A stretch of DNA of 42,229 nucleotides from Promethearchaeota archaeon Loki_b31 (GTDB lineage Archaea; Asgardarchaeota; Lokiarchaeia; Sigyniarchaeales; SOKP01), in NCBI GenBank assembly GCA_005222975.1, contig NJBI01000030.1, positions 1 to 42,229 of the forward strand. The letters run 5' to 3'. The notes beneath the pieces were generated by a model. The model did no database searches. It was not told the DNA's origin and was given only the letters and a program-made list of their open reading frames with translations. Shown in pieces: positions 1 through 8,888 of this stretch. The number at the start of each line of letters is the position of its first letter. The stretch's first letter is position 1. The position numbers and the translations under genes were made by a program.

Positions 1-409
1 GATCATTCTTAGCAATTTCGATCTGTTCCTTAACAATTTCTTCATATGTATTTTCGCAAGAAATCTCCAATAACTTATTTGCTGCAACTTTATTCGATAA
101 ATTGATAGTTTCCAAATGTTTTATAATCATAGGAAGATCGGAAGCGAATTCAGGACCTTTCTTTATATCTATTGAATATTGCTCCTCTATTTTTGTAGTA
201 TCCCACTGAACGAATCCTGGAAGTAGGATTAAAGCGTATTCACTTAGAGAAACATCTTTTATAATATCTTCAACTAGATCTTCCGATAAAAAAGCAGAAA
301 TAGTTATAGGAGCTTTATATACATCAATTTTGTATTTTTTAATAGGCTCTATAACTTTCTTTATGATTGGATAACTATTTAGACCAGTAATAATTAAAAT
401 TTTCTTAAT
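1..409 (-). CDS. Dihydropteroate-synthase-like protein (MJ0107/MptH type), N-terminal part; runs off the window start; probable ATT start
   Basis: Manual translation from 409: IKKILIITGLNSYPIIKKV...ISAFL...YALILLPGFVQWD...KGPEFASDLP, which resembles the N-terminal domain of archaeal DHPS-like proteins. Lies in a methanopterin cluster. Absent from the ORF track because the first 93 codons contain no ATG/GTG/TTG. Confidence 0.75.
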   Translation of the reverse strand, partial: MKKILIITGLNSYPIIKKVIEPIKKYKIDVYKAPITISAFLSEDLVEDIIKDVSLSEYALILLPGFVQWDTTKIEEQYSIDIKKGPEFASDLPMIIKHLETINLSNKVAANKLLEISCENTYEEIVKEQIEIAKND

Positions 410-1505
410 TTAAATCACTCAATAGTTTTTCTTTATCAAATGGAATAAAAATATCGTCTAAAATTGAGCCCTTGGCTTCTTTAATCTTTAAATTACTTAC
501 TATAGGTTCAAATTCGCCCCCCAACAAACCATTTGCTATGAATGCAGCGCCTTGAGCGGCACGCTTGGATAAGCTACTATAAGAATTCATCAATTTAACG
601 GGAACACCGATGTTTATACTACTTATAATTTTATCTTTTATGTATTGTAATTCTGATCCTCTTCCTGCCAATAATATTTCGTATATTTTATCTTTGCTTG
701 AAAAAGATGAAGAAATTCCGTAAATCGCTTTAGCTACATCTGAGACGTATGCGTTAAGAGCCATCTTTGTCTGTTCGTCTTTTTGAGCTAGTAAAATTAT
801 TTCTTTTAAACTTAAATCTTCGTATCCAGCAATAAAAGACACTCCTCCCTTGTATATGTTTTCTTTTTTAATGTGTTTAATTAAATAAGCTAATTCTCCA
901 TCAAGACTTCCACAGGCTCTAAAACCCATAATGTTAGAACCCCCAATTCCATCAATAATCTGTCCGTTTTCAATAGCTAAAACGGCTGTAAATCCGTAAC
1001 CAATTTCTACCATAATAAAGTTAGATTTTTCTGGACCAATATTCAACCTTTCCATTTGATCTCGTATGCCCGTAACAGCAGTACACAGCTTATCTGCGGT
1101 CCCAAGGTCAATTTTATTGATTTTACGATATCTGGGTACGGTTGGTAAATGTTTAACACCTGGAACAATAACTCCAGGTATATTTTCTGCTTTTATCAAA
1201 CGAAGGACTTCTCCTAGACCGATTAATTTATCCTTCTCTTTTTTATCAAATTTTAATAATGTAAAAAAAATATCTTTTTCAGTTATATCTTTAATATTTT
1301 TCAACGGTAATCCAAAACCGCTAGGTGCTACTATTAAATCAACATTTCCAATTGATTTTATGATTGAAATAGCTTTATGTGGCTCTTTAATTAATTCCTT
1401 TGTAGGAATAGAAGCATCTAGGATAATTTCATCGTTTTCCAAACCAAAGAAATCCCAAGAAAGAGAGCCAGGGTCAATTCCGATTACCTTATACACAAAA
1501 ATCAA
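405..1505 (-). CDS. DUF1464 family ASKHA-fold (butyrate/acetate-kinase-like) protein
   Basis: GIDPGS phosphate-1 motif, APSGFGLP, NKIDLGTADK, EIGYGFTA, GSLDGE, AAQGAA. Start may be TTG 1505 or GTG 1496. Confidence 0.8.
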   Translation of the reverse strand: MIFVYKVIGIDPGSLSWDFFGLENDEIILDASIPTKELIKEPHKAISIIKSIGNVDLIVAPSGFGLPLKNIKDITEKDIFFTLLKFDKKEKDKLIGLGEVLRLIKAENIPGVIVPGVKHLPTVPRYRKINKIDLGTADKLCTAVTGIRDQMERLNIGPEKSNFIMVEIGYGFTAVLAIENGQIIDGIGGSNIMGFRACGSLDGELAYLIKHIKKENIYKGGVSFIAGYEDLSLKEIILLAQKDEQTKMALNAYVSDVAKAIYGISSSFSSKDKIYEILLAGRGSELQYIKDKIISSINIGVPVKLMNSYSSLSKRAAQGAAFIANGLLGGEFEPIVSNLKIKEAKGSILDDIFIPFDKEKLLSDLN

Positions 1506-1657
1506 TAAATCTTTTAATTTGCTAATTATGAAAGTTCAATAATTCTTTTTATTTTTATTAATTTTTAATGGTTATTCTTCAAAATTAAAAAGTTATAATT
1601 AAAATATATTGAAAGTATTCTAACTTATACAACTTAATAAATTAAATATCTAAAGTA

Positions 1658-2404
1658 ATGTCATCCACATTTCAAACAAATCCCAAATCTATAGGCTTAA
1701 AAGAAGATTACTTGTATGAAGTTTTAGCAACAACTTTCTCAATAAATGACAACAATATCATCCCAAATACTGCCTGTATGGGTATAAGATTAATAGATAA
1801 TAGCTCGATAAAATTGCGTCCTTATCCAAACACATCTACATATGAAAATTTGAGAAGCAATAAACTTATTACGCTAAATTTTGTTGATGACATATATCTT
1901 TATGCCTTAGCTTCATTAAAAGATTTAAAACGATCTAAGAACATCAAAATCTTTCCAGAAGAATTTTATGATTATTATAAAATAAAGAATAAAAAAATAA
2001 AAGAGGTTTTTACAAATCACTCAAATTCAGAAATGGTTTCATTACCTTATATAAAAAAAGCATGGGCAATGATCGCTTGTGTAGCTATGGGTGAAGAGCA
2101 GATCGTTAAAAATGACGATTTGGGAGAATTAAGGGTTATTGAATTTACCCTATCTATCCTTTCCTGCGATAAATTTAAAGAATCATTTAAAATTTTTAAT
2201 AGAGCAGAAAATATAGCCCTGGAAACTATTATATTAGCAACTAAATTAAAAGTTGCTGAAGAAAAAAAAGACAAAGCTTTAGTCCAAAAAATTGAGCAAA
2301 AAATTGAAGAATCTTTTGCTGAAATACAAAGATTTGGAAAAAATTTAAGTGCTTTAAAAGCAGTAGAACATGTTAAGGACTATATTAAAAATTTAAAGGA
2401 CTAG
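1658..2404 (+). CDS. DUF447 family protein (flavin-reductase-like split barrel, H4MPT-associated)
   Basis: YEVLATT...PNTACMGI...TYENL...FNRA...ETIILATK pattern; pterin-cluster context. Confidence 0.7.
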   Translation: MSSTFQTNPKSIGLKEDYLYEVLATTFSINDNNIIPNTACMGIRLIDNSSIKLRPYPNTSTYENLRSNKLITLNFVDDIYLYALASLKDLKRSKNIKIFPEEFYDYYKIKNKKIKEVFTNHSNSEMVSLPYIKKAWAMIACVAMGEEQIVKNDDLGELRVIEFTLSILSCDKFKESFKIFNRAENIALETIILATKLKVAEEKKDKALVQKIEQKIEESFAEIQRFGKNLSALKAVEHVKDYIKNLKD

Positions 2405-2796
2405 TTTTTAGTCGTTATTTTTTCAATAAACATCAATGGATATCTGAGATCCTCAACCCACTCTACTTTTGCCGTGATTTTAACGGATTTATACTCAAGC
2501 ACGACTGTCGCGTTTATAACTTTTCCAGTAATCTCATCGTACTCAAATTCGGTTGATTTATCCCCTTTGATTTTTTCGCGGTCAATGTTAATTTTAACAG
2601 ATTTTACATATGGTTGACACGAGATTGCTGCTTCTATACCATTTTCGATAGAATCAATAACCTTAGTATTTGAAGATATAGGTATCCCACATAAAATATG
2701 ATAAAGAGCTCCTAATTTTATACCTATTTCGAAACAAGCTCTTTCTCTTAAACTTATATTAGAAGAAAAATAGACTTTTCCTTTATCGTTTGACAT
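2401..2796 (-). CDS. mptD: Archaeal dihydroneopterin aldolase (DUF381)
   Basis: ERACFEIGIKLGALYH..CGIPIS, QPYV, C-terminal YPLM; TAATG overlap with the upstream gene. Confidence 0.88.
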   Translation of the reverse strand: MSNDKGKVYFSSNISLRERACFEIGIKLGALYHILCGIPISSNTKVIDSIENGIEAAISCQPYVKSVKINIDREKIKGDKSTEFEYDEITGKVINATVVLEYKSVKITAKVEWVEDLRYPLMFIEKITTKN

Positions 2797-3809
2797 TAAT
2801 TATCATCTAAAAATTCAATTTTTGCTCCACAATTATTAGGTTTGCATATATAAATATGACCAATAATATTTTTCAGGCGCATTTGAACAATTTTTAAAAG
2901 TTTATTCCCATCTTCATCAGATTCAACAACTCCGACTATACTTGGTCCGAAAGAAGACATTCCAAATGCTTTAACTCCATATTCTTCAAAAAGATATAAA
3001 ACATTTTTGACAATATCATGTTGTAGAGATATCTCTATTTTCTTGAACCCGATACGTTGTATTCTTTTTAAGCCTTCACCAAAACATTCTAAATCTTCGT
3101 TAATAATTCCGGGAATAACTTTCATCAAAATTTGGTGCGAAACCTCATTAACTTCTTCCTTTGGGATTGGAGCATGACTTTGAAAAATGCTTATTTCTTC
3201 GTCTCCATAAGCTCCTTTTTTAACATTAGGTATAACTAACACAAATCTCCAATGTTCGGGTATTGGATATCTCATAATCGTAAGAGCTGGATCCGCTGTT
3301 ATTGAAGCTGAAGAAGGTAAGAACGATTCTTTATCTTTTCCTTTACCAAAATCGTGTCCTGCATCAATTATAAAGCCACCTTTTTCAAAACCTCTCCACC
3401 CTATTCCTGATGTTCCGCCTCTTTGAACCAATTTTGTTAATTCTTGTATGGACACACTCTTATTTTTCAGCTTAGTAATAGCAAGTGCGATTGCTAAAGA
3501 TAATTGAGTTTTAGAACCTAACCCTACATGACTTGGATAATACCTTTTAAGATTAAAATGAAAGTTTTTATTATTTATACTGTATGCCTTGAAAATTTTA
3601 GATGCTTGTTCGTTGATTACTTCTATTGATTCTCGATAATACTTGTGAGCTTCAATTTTAAATTCTTCTGCGTGATTTGTTGCTTCAAAAACTACATTAG
3701 GACGGTCTAACATGAGACCAATTCCACCATCAACTCTACCAGTGTATCCATTTTCGTCGATTAAGGAAAGGTGGATTCGACATGGGGTCGTAATTCTTAT
3801 TTTTACCAT
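2796..3809 (-). CDS. mptG: Beta-ribofuranosylaminobenzene 5'-phosphate (RFAP) synthase, GHMP superfamily
   Basis: TPCRIHLSLID, GRVDGGIG, PSHVGLGSKTQL, RGGTSGIG, GGFIIDAGH, GMSSFGP. Confidence 0.92.
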   Translation of the reverse strand: MVKIRITTPCRIHLSLIDENGYTGRVDGGIGLMLDRPNVVFEATNHAEEFKIEAHKYYRESIEVINEQASKIFKAYSINNKNFHFNLKRYYPSHVGLGSKTQLSLAIALAITKLKNKSVSIQELTKLVQRGGTSGIGWRGFEKGGFIIDAGHDFGKGKDKESFLPSSASITADPALTIMRYPIPEHWRFVLVIPNVKKGAYGDEEISIFQSHAPIPKEEVNEVSHQILMKVIPGIINEDLECFGEGLKRIQRIGFKKIEISLQHDIVKNVLYLFEEYGVKAFGMSSFGPSIVGVVESDEDGNKLLKIVQMRLKNIIGHIYICKPNNCGAKIEFLDDN

Positions 3810-3914
3810 TTTTAGTTAAGCTTTAAAAAAAATTCAAAACTAAGAATATGAATTTTCAAAATAATATAAATATAATATAAATAAAAATTGGGATAATTAA
3901 GGTAGAAATAAGAT

Positions 3915-6053
3915 TTAGAAACTTGAAAATATTATAAATCCAAAATTTAAAGCACCCCCAATCAATAAGGCTACACCTATCTCTAATAATGAAATTTGGA
4001 TCGCGTATTTCCAGTTAGTTTGTTTAGCAATAATAATAATGGTCGCAAAACAGGGGATATATAGCATTGTAACTAAACAAAAATTAATCATTTGGAAGGG
4101 CGATAATAATTCTACTAAAGAAACACCAATTGAATTAGCTAAAACAGCTAACAGTACTAAAGTTAACTCCTTCCTTAAAATTCCGTATATTAGAAATACT
4201 CCAGTTATTGATGGAAGACCTAGCCAGAACACGGTTATAGGAGACAAAATGACATTTATTGGCTCTAAAGCATTAAAGATTAATAAAATTTCTAAAAGAA
4301 TTCCAAGAACAATTATAATTGGCAAAGCCTTATATACAAACTCTTTTGTTCTAATCCACGTTTGTTTAAGAATAACTTTAGAATTTGGCATCCTGTATTC
4401 GTGCATTTCCATTATGAGTTCTGTGCATTGACCAGGCATTACTTTATTTAGAATTCGACCTATTAAAAAAATAACACCAAAATTTATTAAAAACAAAATA
4501 GTTACCCAGAAAAAACCTATATATCGTCCAACCAATCCTAACACAACAGTCATTACTGCTGCGCATGGTACAAGAGAAGATAATACGACAGATAACTTTT
4601 TTTCTCGTTCTGTTTCCATAATTCTGCACCCAGCACATGCAGGGATATTACAACCAAATCCTAAAATCATTGGAATAATTGTTTTTCCATGGACCCCGAT
4701 TGTATGCATAGCTTTATCCATTAAAAATGCTGCTCGAGGTAAGTAACCAGAATCTTGTAAAATCTCAATTACTAAAAAGAAAGGTATGACATATACTAAA
4801 ACGCCGCCTATACCGCCTAGAAATCCTCCCACCCCGCCATCCCAAAATATCTTAACTATTAAATTTTCCTCTCCAAAAGAATTGTAAATAAATTCACTCC
4901 ATGTCGTATATAGCTCATCTATTAATCCACTAAAAAAATCTCCAAAAGAAAAAGTAAAGATATAAATACCAAATAATACAGCAACTAAAATAAGATAACC
5001 TAAGATTGAATGAGTAGTAAGATGATCGAATACATCTGCGAGTCTGACTTTCCTTTTTCCTTTATGTGGTTTTATTATTAAAACTTTATCGTTTATGTCG
5101 TGAATTTTATTGTAAATTTCTGACGATATTATTGTATGAACATCTTCTCCGTGAATATCTTCTAATTGATTTCGAAACTCATCGGCAATTTTTATAATTT
5201 CATTATTTTTAAAACTACTTTTAATTTCTTCATCATTTTCCAATAACTTTATTGCTAAAAACCTTGGTGGGTATTTAATTAGGGCAGAAGATAGTTGACT
5301 ATTATTAATCTCCATAATTAATTCGCCAATACACGACTCAACTTCTTTCCCAAAGGAGAGCAATTTAGATAACTCAGGAAATTCAAAATTATTTTTCACT
5401 TTACTATTTACTTTTACTTTGTCGTGAATATGTTCTGTTCGATAATAGTTATGAGAATGATGGTCGTGCTCATCTCTGGTTTTTTCGTTGTAATGAGTAT
5501 GGGGATACTGAAAAACGACCATTTCAATAGCTTCTTCTAACAGTTGATGGACACCTGTACCATGTACAGCAACTACAGGGAGTACGGGCAGTTTAAAAAT
5601 GTTCTCCAACGCTTTAAAATCAATTTCAATATTCCTTCTTCTTAAAATATCCATTTGGTTAATTGCAATAATTAATGGAACTTTTAATTCTAATAACTGA
5701 AACGTAAAAAATAAATTTCGTTCTAAATTCGTGGCATCAACAACATTTATAATAACATCAACATCATCGGAAACAATATATTCTCTACTTACTATTTCCT
5801 CTAAGGAGTAGGTAGAAAGAGAATAAATACCAGGTAAATCAACGATATTAAAACGATATCCTAAAAAATCAAGATAGCCTTCCATTCTTTCAACTGTTTT
5901 ACCGGGCCAATTTCCTATGGTTTGGCTTAACCCAGTAAGTTGGTTAAAAATAACTGATTTTCCTACATTTGGATTTCCTGCTAAGGCGATATTAATTGTA
6001 TCCTTATAGGTTCCTTTGTTTTTTAGTTTATTATTTGGAATGTGACCACTCAT
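3915..6053 (-). CDS. feoB: Ferrous iron transport protein B with His-rich linker
   Basis: GNPNVGKS, GNWPGKTVE, DLPG, NQMD G-motifs; EILQDSGYLPRAA, GFGCNIPA, polytopic C-terminus. Confidence 0.97.
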   Translation of the reverse strand: MSGHIPNNKLKNKGTYKDTINIALAGNPNVGKSVIFNQLTGLSQTIGNWPGKTVERMEGYLDFLGYRFNIVDLPGIYSLSTYSLEEIVSREYIVSDDVDVIINVVDATNLERNLFFTFQLLELKVPLIIAINQMDILRRRNIEIDFKALENIFKLPVLPVVAVHGTGVHQLLEEAIEMVVFQYPHTHYNEKTRDEHDHHSHNYYRTEHIHDKVKVNSKVKNNFEFPELSKLLSFGKEVESCIGELIMEINNSQLSSALIKYPPRFLAIKLLENDEEIKSSFKNNEIIKIADEFRNQLEDIHGEDVHTIISSEIYNKIHDINDKVLIIKPHKGKRKVRLADVFDHLTTHSILGYLILVAVLFGIYIFTFSFGDFFSGLIDELYTTWSEFIYNSFGEENLIVKIFWDGGVGGFLGGIGGVLVYVIPFFLVIEILQDSGYLPRAAFLMDKAMHTIGVHGKTIIPMILGFGCNIPACAGCRIMETEREKKLSVVLSSLVPCAAVMTVVLGLVGRYIGFFWVTILFLINFGVIFLIGRILNKVMPGQCTELIMEMHEYRMPNSKVILKQTWIRTKEFVYKALPIIIVLGILLEILLIFNALEPINVILSPITVFWLGLPSITGVFLIYGILRKELTLVLLAVLANSIGVSLVELLSPFQMINFCLVTMLYIPCFATIIIIAKQTNWKYAIQISLLEIGVALLIGGALNFGFIIFSSF

Positions 6054-6138
6054 TTTTTAAAACTTCCCATCTTTTTTTAATGAATTACTCTTAAGAAATT
6101 TATATAAAATAATCCAATTTAATCTTATAACGCTATTA

Positions 6139-6459
6139 TTAAGTACAAGAATTGTTACGACTTACTATTATTCTAGATGCTAAACCTCTACCAAGGACTA
6201 AGGATGAACCTCTAACTTTTATTTCTATTGGTCCTCGAAAAGGTGCATTTCTCATTTTTTTCACTTTTACTCCTGGTACAATCCCTAAATTAGCAAGGCG
6301 TGTTTTTGCCCTATATCCAGCATTTACACTTAATACGATAACTTCCTCTCCGCTTTCGCACTCAGTTAAATATGTTGTGAGTCGAGTTCCTATTTTTTGA
6401 CTTATTCTACGATGTCTAGGATGTCTAGGATGTCTAGGGTGATGTGGTTGGAATGGCAT
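6139..6459 (-). CDS. feoA: FeoA family protein with His/Pro/Arg-rich N-terminal extension
   Basis: RLANLGIVPG...APFRGPIEIKVRGSSLVLGRGLA; directly upstream of feoB. ATG at 6459 preferred over TTG 6489. Confidence 0.93.
   Translation of the reverse strand: MPFQPHHPRHPRHPRHRRISQKIGTRLTTYLTECESGEEVIVLSVNAGYRAKTRLANLGIVPGVKVKKMRNAPFRGPIEIKVRGSSLVLGRGLASRIIVSRNNSCT
6411..6437. repeat. 9-bp tandem repeat (GATGTCTAG)x3 encoding PRH repeats in feoA
   Basis: gatgtctag gatgtctag gatgtctag read directly. Confidence 0.95.
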
Positions 6460-6910
6460 TTTTTTTTTTATTAAATTTTTTATTACCAATTAAAAATAAA
6501 GATTCTACTTATTTAAACCTTTTAGTTTTAGTTAATTAATCAAAAAATTTCTCTCAAAAGAACGATAGTTGTTTTTGATTTAAGGAAATATGAAACCAAA
6601 ATCTTAAATTTTAATAATTTAATTTATCATTATTTATATTATGTTATACTATTAACTTAATTTCTTAAAAGGCAAAAAATAAAGGATCAAAATTTGTATT
6701 ATAATTACAAACAAACAATTATAAAAAAAGTTATCTTATATTGTTATTTATAATCGTGGTTTTGTATTTCTTAGATAATAATGTAAAAATATTGAGTAAG
6801 TTTTTATAAAGATATTTTTTATATTTTTTTATAGGGTTTACTAAATCATTTAATTTTAGTTAGAAGAAATTATTGAGAAAAATTGAAATTAATTAAATTA
6901 AATTTAGCGC

Positions 6911-7315
6911 TTGAGGTGTACTCCTATAATAAGCATATTTATCGTTGAGGATGATCACTCCCTAAGGTTACTTTATGAAAAAGCTTTAAAATTAAATGGT
7001 TATAATGTCGTTGGCTCTGCTAAAGATGGCGATGAGGCCGTAAATATGTACAACCGTTTTTCGATTAAACCAGATATTATTTTAATGGACCACAGGATGC
7101 CTATTAAAAATGGAATAGAAGCAACAAAAGAAATTTTCCAAAACTCAAGCGATATAAAGCCAAAAATTATTTTTATAAGCGCTGATCGCTCAATTAAGGA
7201 GACAGCACTTTCGATAGGGGTTATAAGTTTTAAAAACAAACCTTTTTCGCTCGAAAGGTTATTTAATAACATTGAAAAAGCCCATTCTGTGGAAAAAATT
7301 GAAATTCACGGATAG
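6911..7315 (+). CDS. Stand-alone CheY-like response regulator receiver protein (true start possibly ATA 6926)
   Basis: IVEDD, DIILMDHRMP..NG, ISA and KPF receiver motifs; no kinase nearby. Confidence 0.92.
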   Translation: MRCTPIISIFIVEDDHSLRLLYEKALKLNGYNVVGSAKDGDEAVNMYNRFSIKPDIILMDHRMPIKNGIEATKEIFQNSSDIKPKIIFISADRSIKETALSIGVISFKNKPFSLERLFNNIEKAHSVEKIEIHG

Positions 7316-7473
7316 TATTTTAGAGTTAAAATAATATTATCAAATGTCTTTTTTTCTAAGTAGACGGTTTTAAGAGCAAAGATTTTTTTGCTAATTATTG
7401 TTATCATTCTTAAAAATAAAATTTCAAATCTAATATCAATCTAATTTTAATAGTATCTAATAGGTGTAGAGTT

Positions 7474-8859
7474 TTGAGCGACTTAGAAGGGTTAACAAGA
7501 AGATTATTAAGACAAAAAAAATCTGACGAACAAATTCTTAAGAGGTTAGTTCAAGAATATGTTGATTTTAAGGATATTGATAAAGAGTCAGCTTATACGC
7601 TTGCGAATGCTGTTCTAATAGAATGTAAGAAGAGCGATATATCAAAAATTTCAGAACCTTTCATTAAAGATTTGTTAGATGTTAATAAAGCCAATGTGAC
7701 GGTGGGAAAGCAAGGAGTAGGGTGTAGAGGTGCTGGGGATTTTTTTGTTCATAAATTGATAGCTGAACTATCGGAAACGAAACGACAACCATATTTATCT
7801 CCTAGTTCTTTAGACGATGCTGGAGCTGTTAAACTATCGGATATTAAAGGTTTCGAAGGAAAGGAGGATTTAATAATTGTTTCTAAAATGGAGGGAATCC
7901 ATAGCCGGCTCAGCGATTTTCCATTTATATGCGGGTTTCACGTTACTCGAGCGTGCTTGCGAGATCTATATGTAAAAGGAGCAGAACCAATTTCCATTAT
8001 GATAGATATCCATTTAGGAGACGACGCCGATGTAGGAAAACTTTTTGACTTTATGGCCGGAGTTTCGGCAATAGCAGAGCTTTCACATGTACCAATTACT
8101 GCCGGTTCTACATTAAGAATAGGGGGAGATATGGTTATTGGAGATCGCTTAGTAGGAGGAATAAGTGCTATCGGTCTTGTTAGAAATAATTTGTTAGCGA
8201 GACGAAATATCCAAGTTGGAGACAAAATATTAATGACAGAAGGAGCGGGAGGAGGGACCATTACGACAACCGCAATATACTCGGGAAACCATAAGGTTGT
8301 AAACGAAACGATGAATATTAAATTCTTAGAGGCTTGCAATGTCTTGCTAAAAAAAGAATATCTTAAAGGCATAAGGGCGATGTGTGATGTTACAAACGGG
8401 GGTCTTAGAGGAGATTTATACGAAATAAACTACGAAGCGAAATCAGGTGTAACAATTTATGAGCATCGCGTACGAGAACTCGTTAACCCCATCGTGTTAG
8501 AGTTATTAGAAGAGGTGGGAGTTGATTACTTAGGTGTATCGCTAGATGCGCTTTTAATTTACTGCTCAGACAGTATATCGGAACAAATAATTAGTGATTT
8601 GGCTGCAAAAAATATCAAATGTGCTGAAATCGGTTATGTTGACAATTCAAATCAAGTAACTATGATTTACGAAGGAGAAGAAAAAAGATCAATTCTCCCC
8701 CAATTTCGAGAATCTGCTTACACTAAAATTAAACAAGAAATAGGGGAAGAAACTCCTGAATTGAAGTTAGAAATGGAAAAGAAAATTGAAAAAGCAGCAA
8801 CAAATGCTTTGAAAAAAAGACAAAAAATTATTGAATACATTGAAAAACAATCATTATAA
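7474..8859 (+). CDS. AIR synthase (PurM)/HypE/SelD/ThiL superfamily protein, archaeal type of unknown function
   Basis: DLEG N-terminus, GVGCRGAGDFFVH, DDAG, HSRLSDFPF..GFHVTRA, DVTNGGLRGD; AGGTG SD 7 nt before TTG. Confidence 0.85.
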   Translation: MSDLEGLTRRLLRQKKSDEQILKRLVQEYVDFKDIDKESAYTLANAVLIECKKSDISKISEPFIKDLLDVNKANVTVGKQGVGCRGAGDFFVHKLIAELSETKRQPYLSPSSLDDAGAVKLSDIKGFEGKEDLIIVSKMEGIHSRLSDFPFICGFHVTRACLRDLYVKGAEPISIMIDIHLGDDADVGKLFDFMAGVSAIAELSHVPITAGSTLRIGGDMVIGDRLVGGISAIGLVRNNLLARRNIQVGDKILMTEGAGGGTITTTAIYSGNHKVVNETMNIKFLEACNVLLKKEYLKGIRAMCDVTNGGLRGDLYEINYEAKSGVTIYEHRVRELVNPIVLELLEEVGVDYLGVSLDALLIYCSDSISEQIISDLAAKNIKCAEIGYVDNSNQVTMIYEGEEKRSILPQFRESAYTKIKQEIGEETPELKLEMEKKIEKAATNALKKRQKIIEYIEKQSL

Positions 8860-8888
8860 ATGTTTAAAGCTTCTTTATACCTTATAAT

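Noticed and set aside
3861-3882. 11-bp tandem duplication ATAATATAAAT x2
   Set aside because: A/T-only low-complexity sequence, expected by chance in this background.
6490-6910. Hidden small gene or RNA in the long intergenic region
   Set aside because: Extremely AT-rich, with no credible ORF, GC-rich stem or tRNA fold. Best explained as divergent promoters.
7474-8859. Calling this SelD/HypE, or a selenoprotein
   Set aside because: It lacks the SelD N-terminal Cys/Sec-x-x-Lys motif and the HypE C-terminal PRIC. I found no in-frame TGA extension or SECIS here or at other gene ends I checked.
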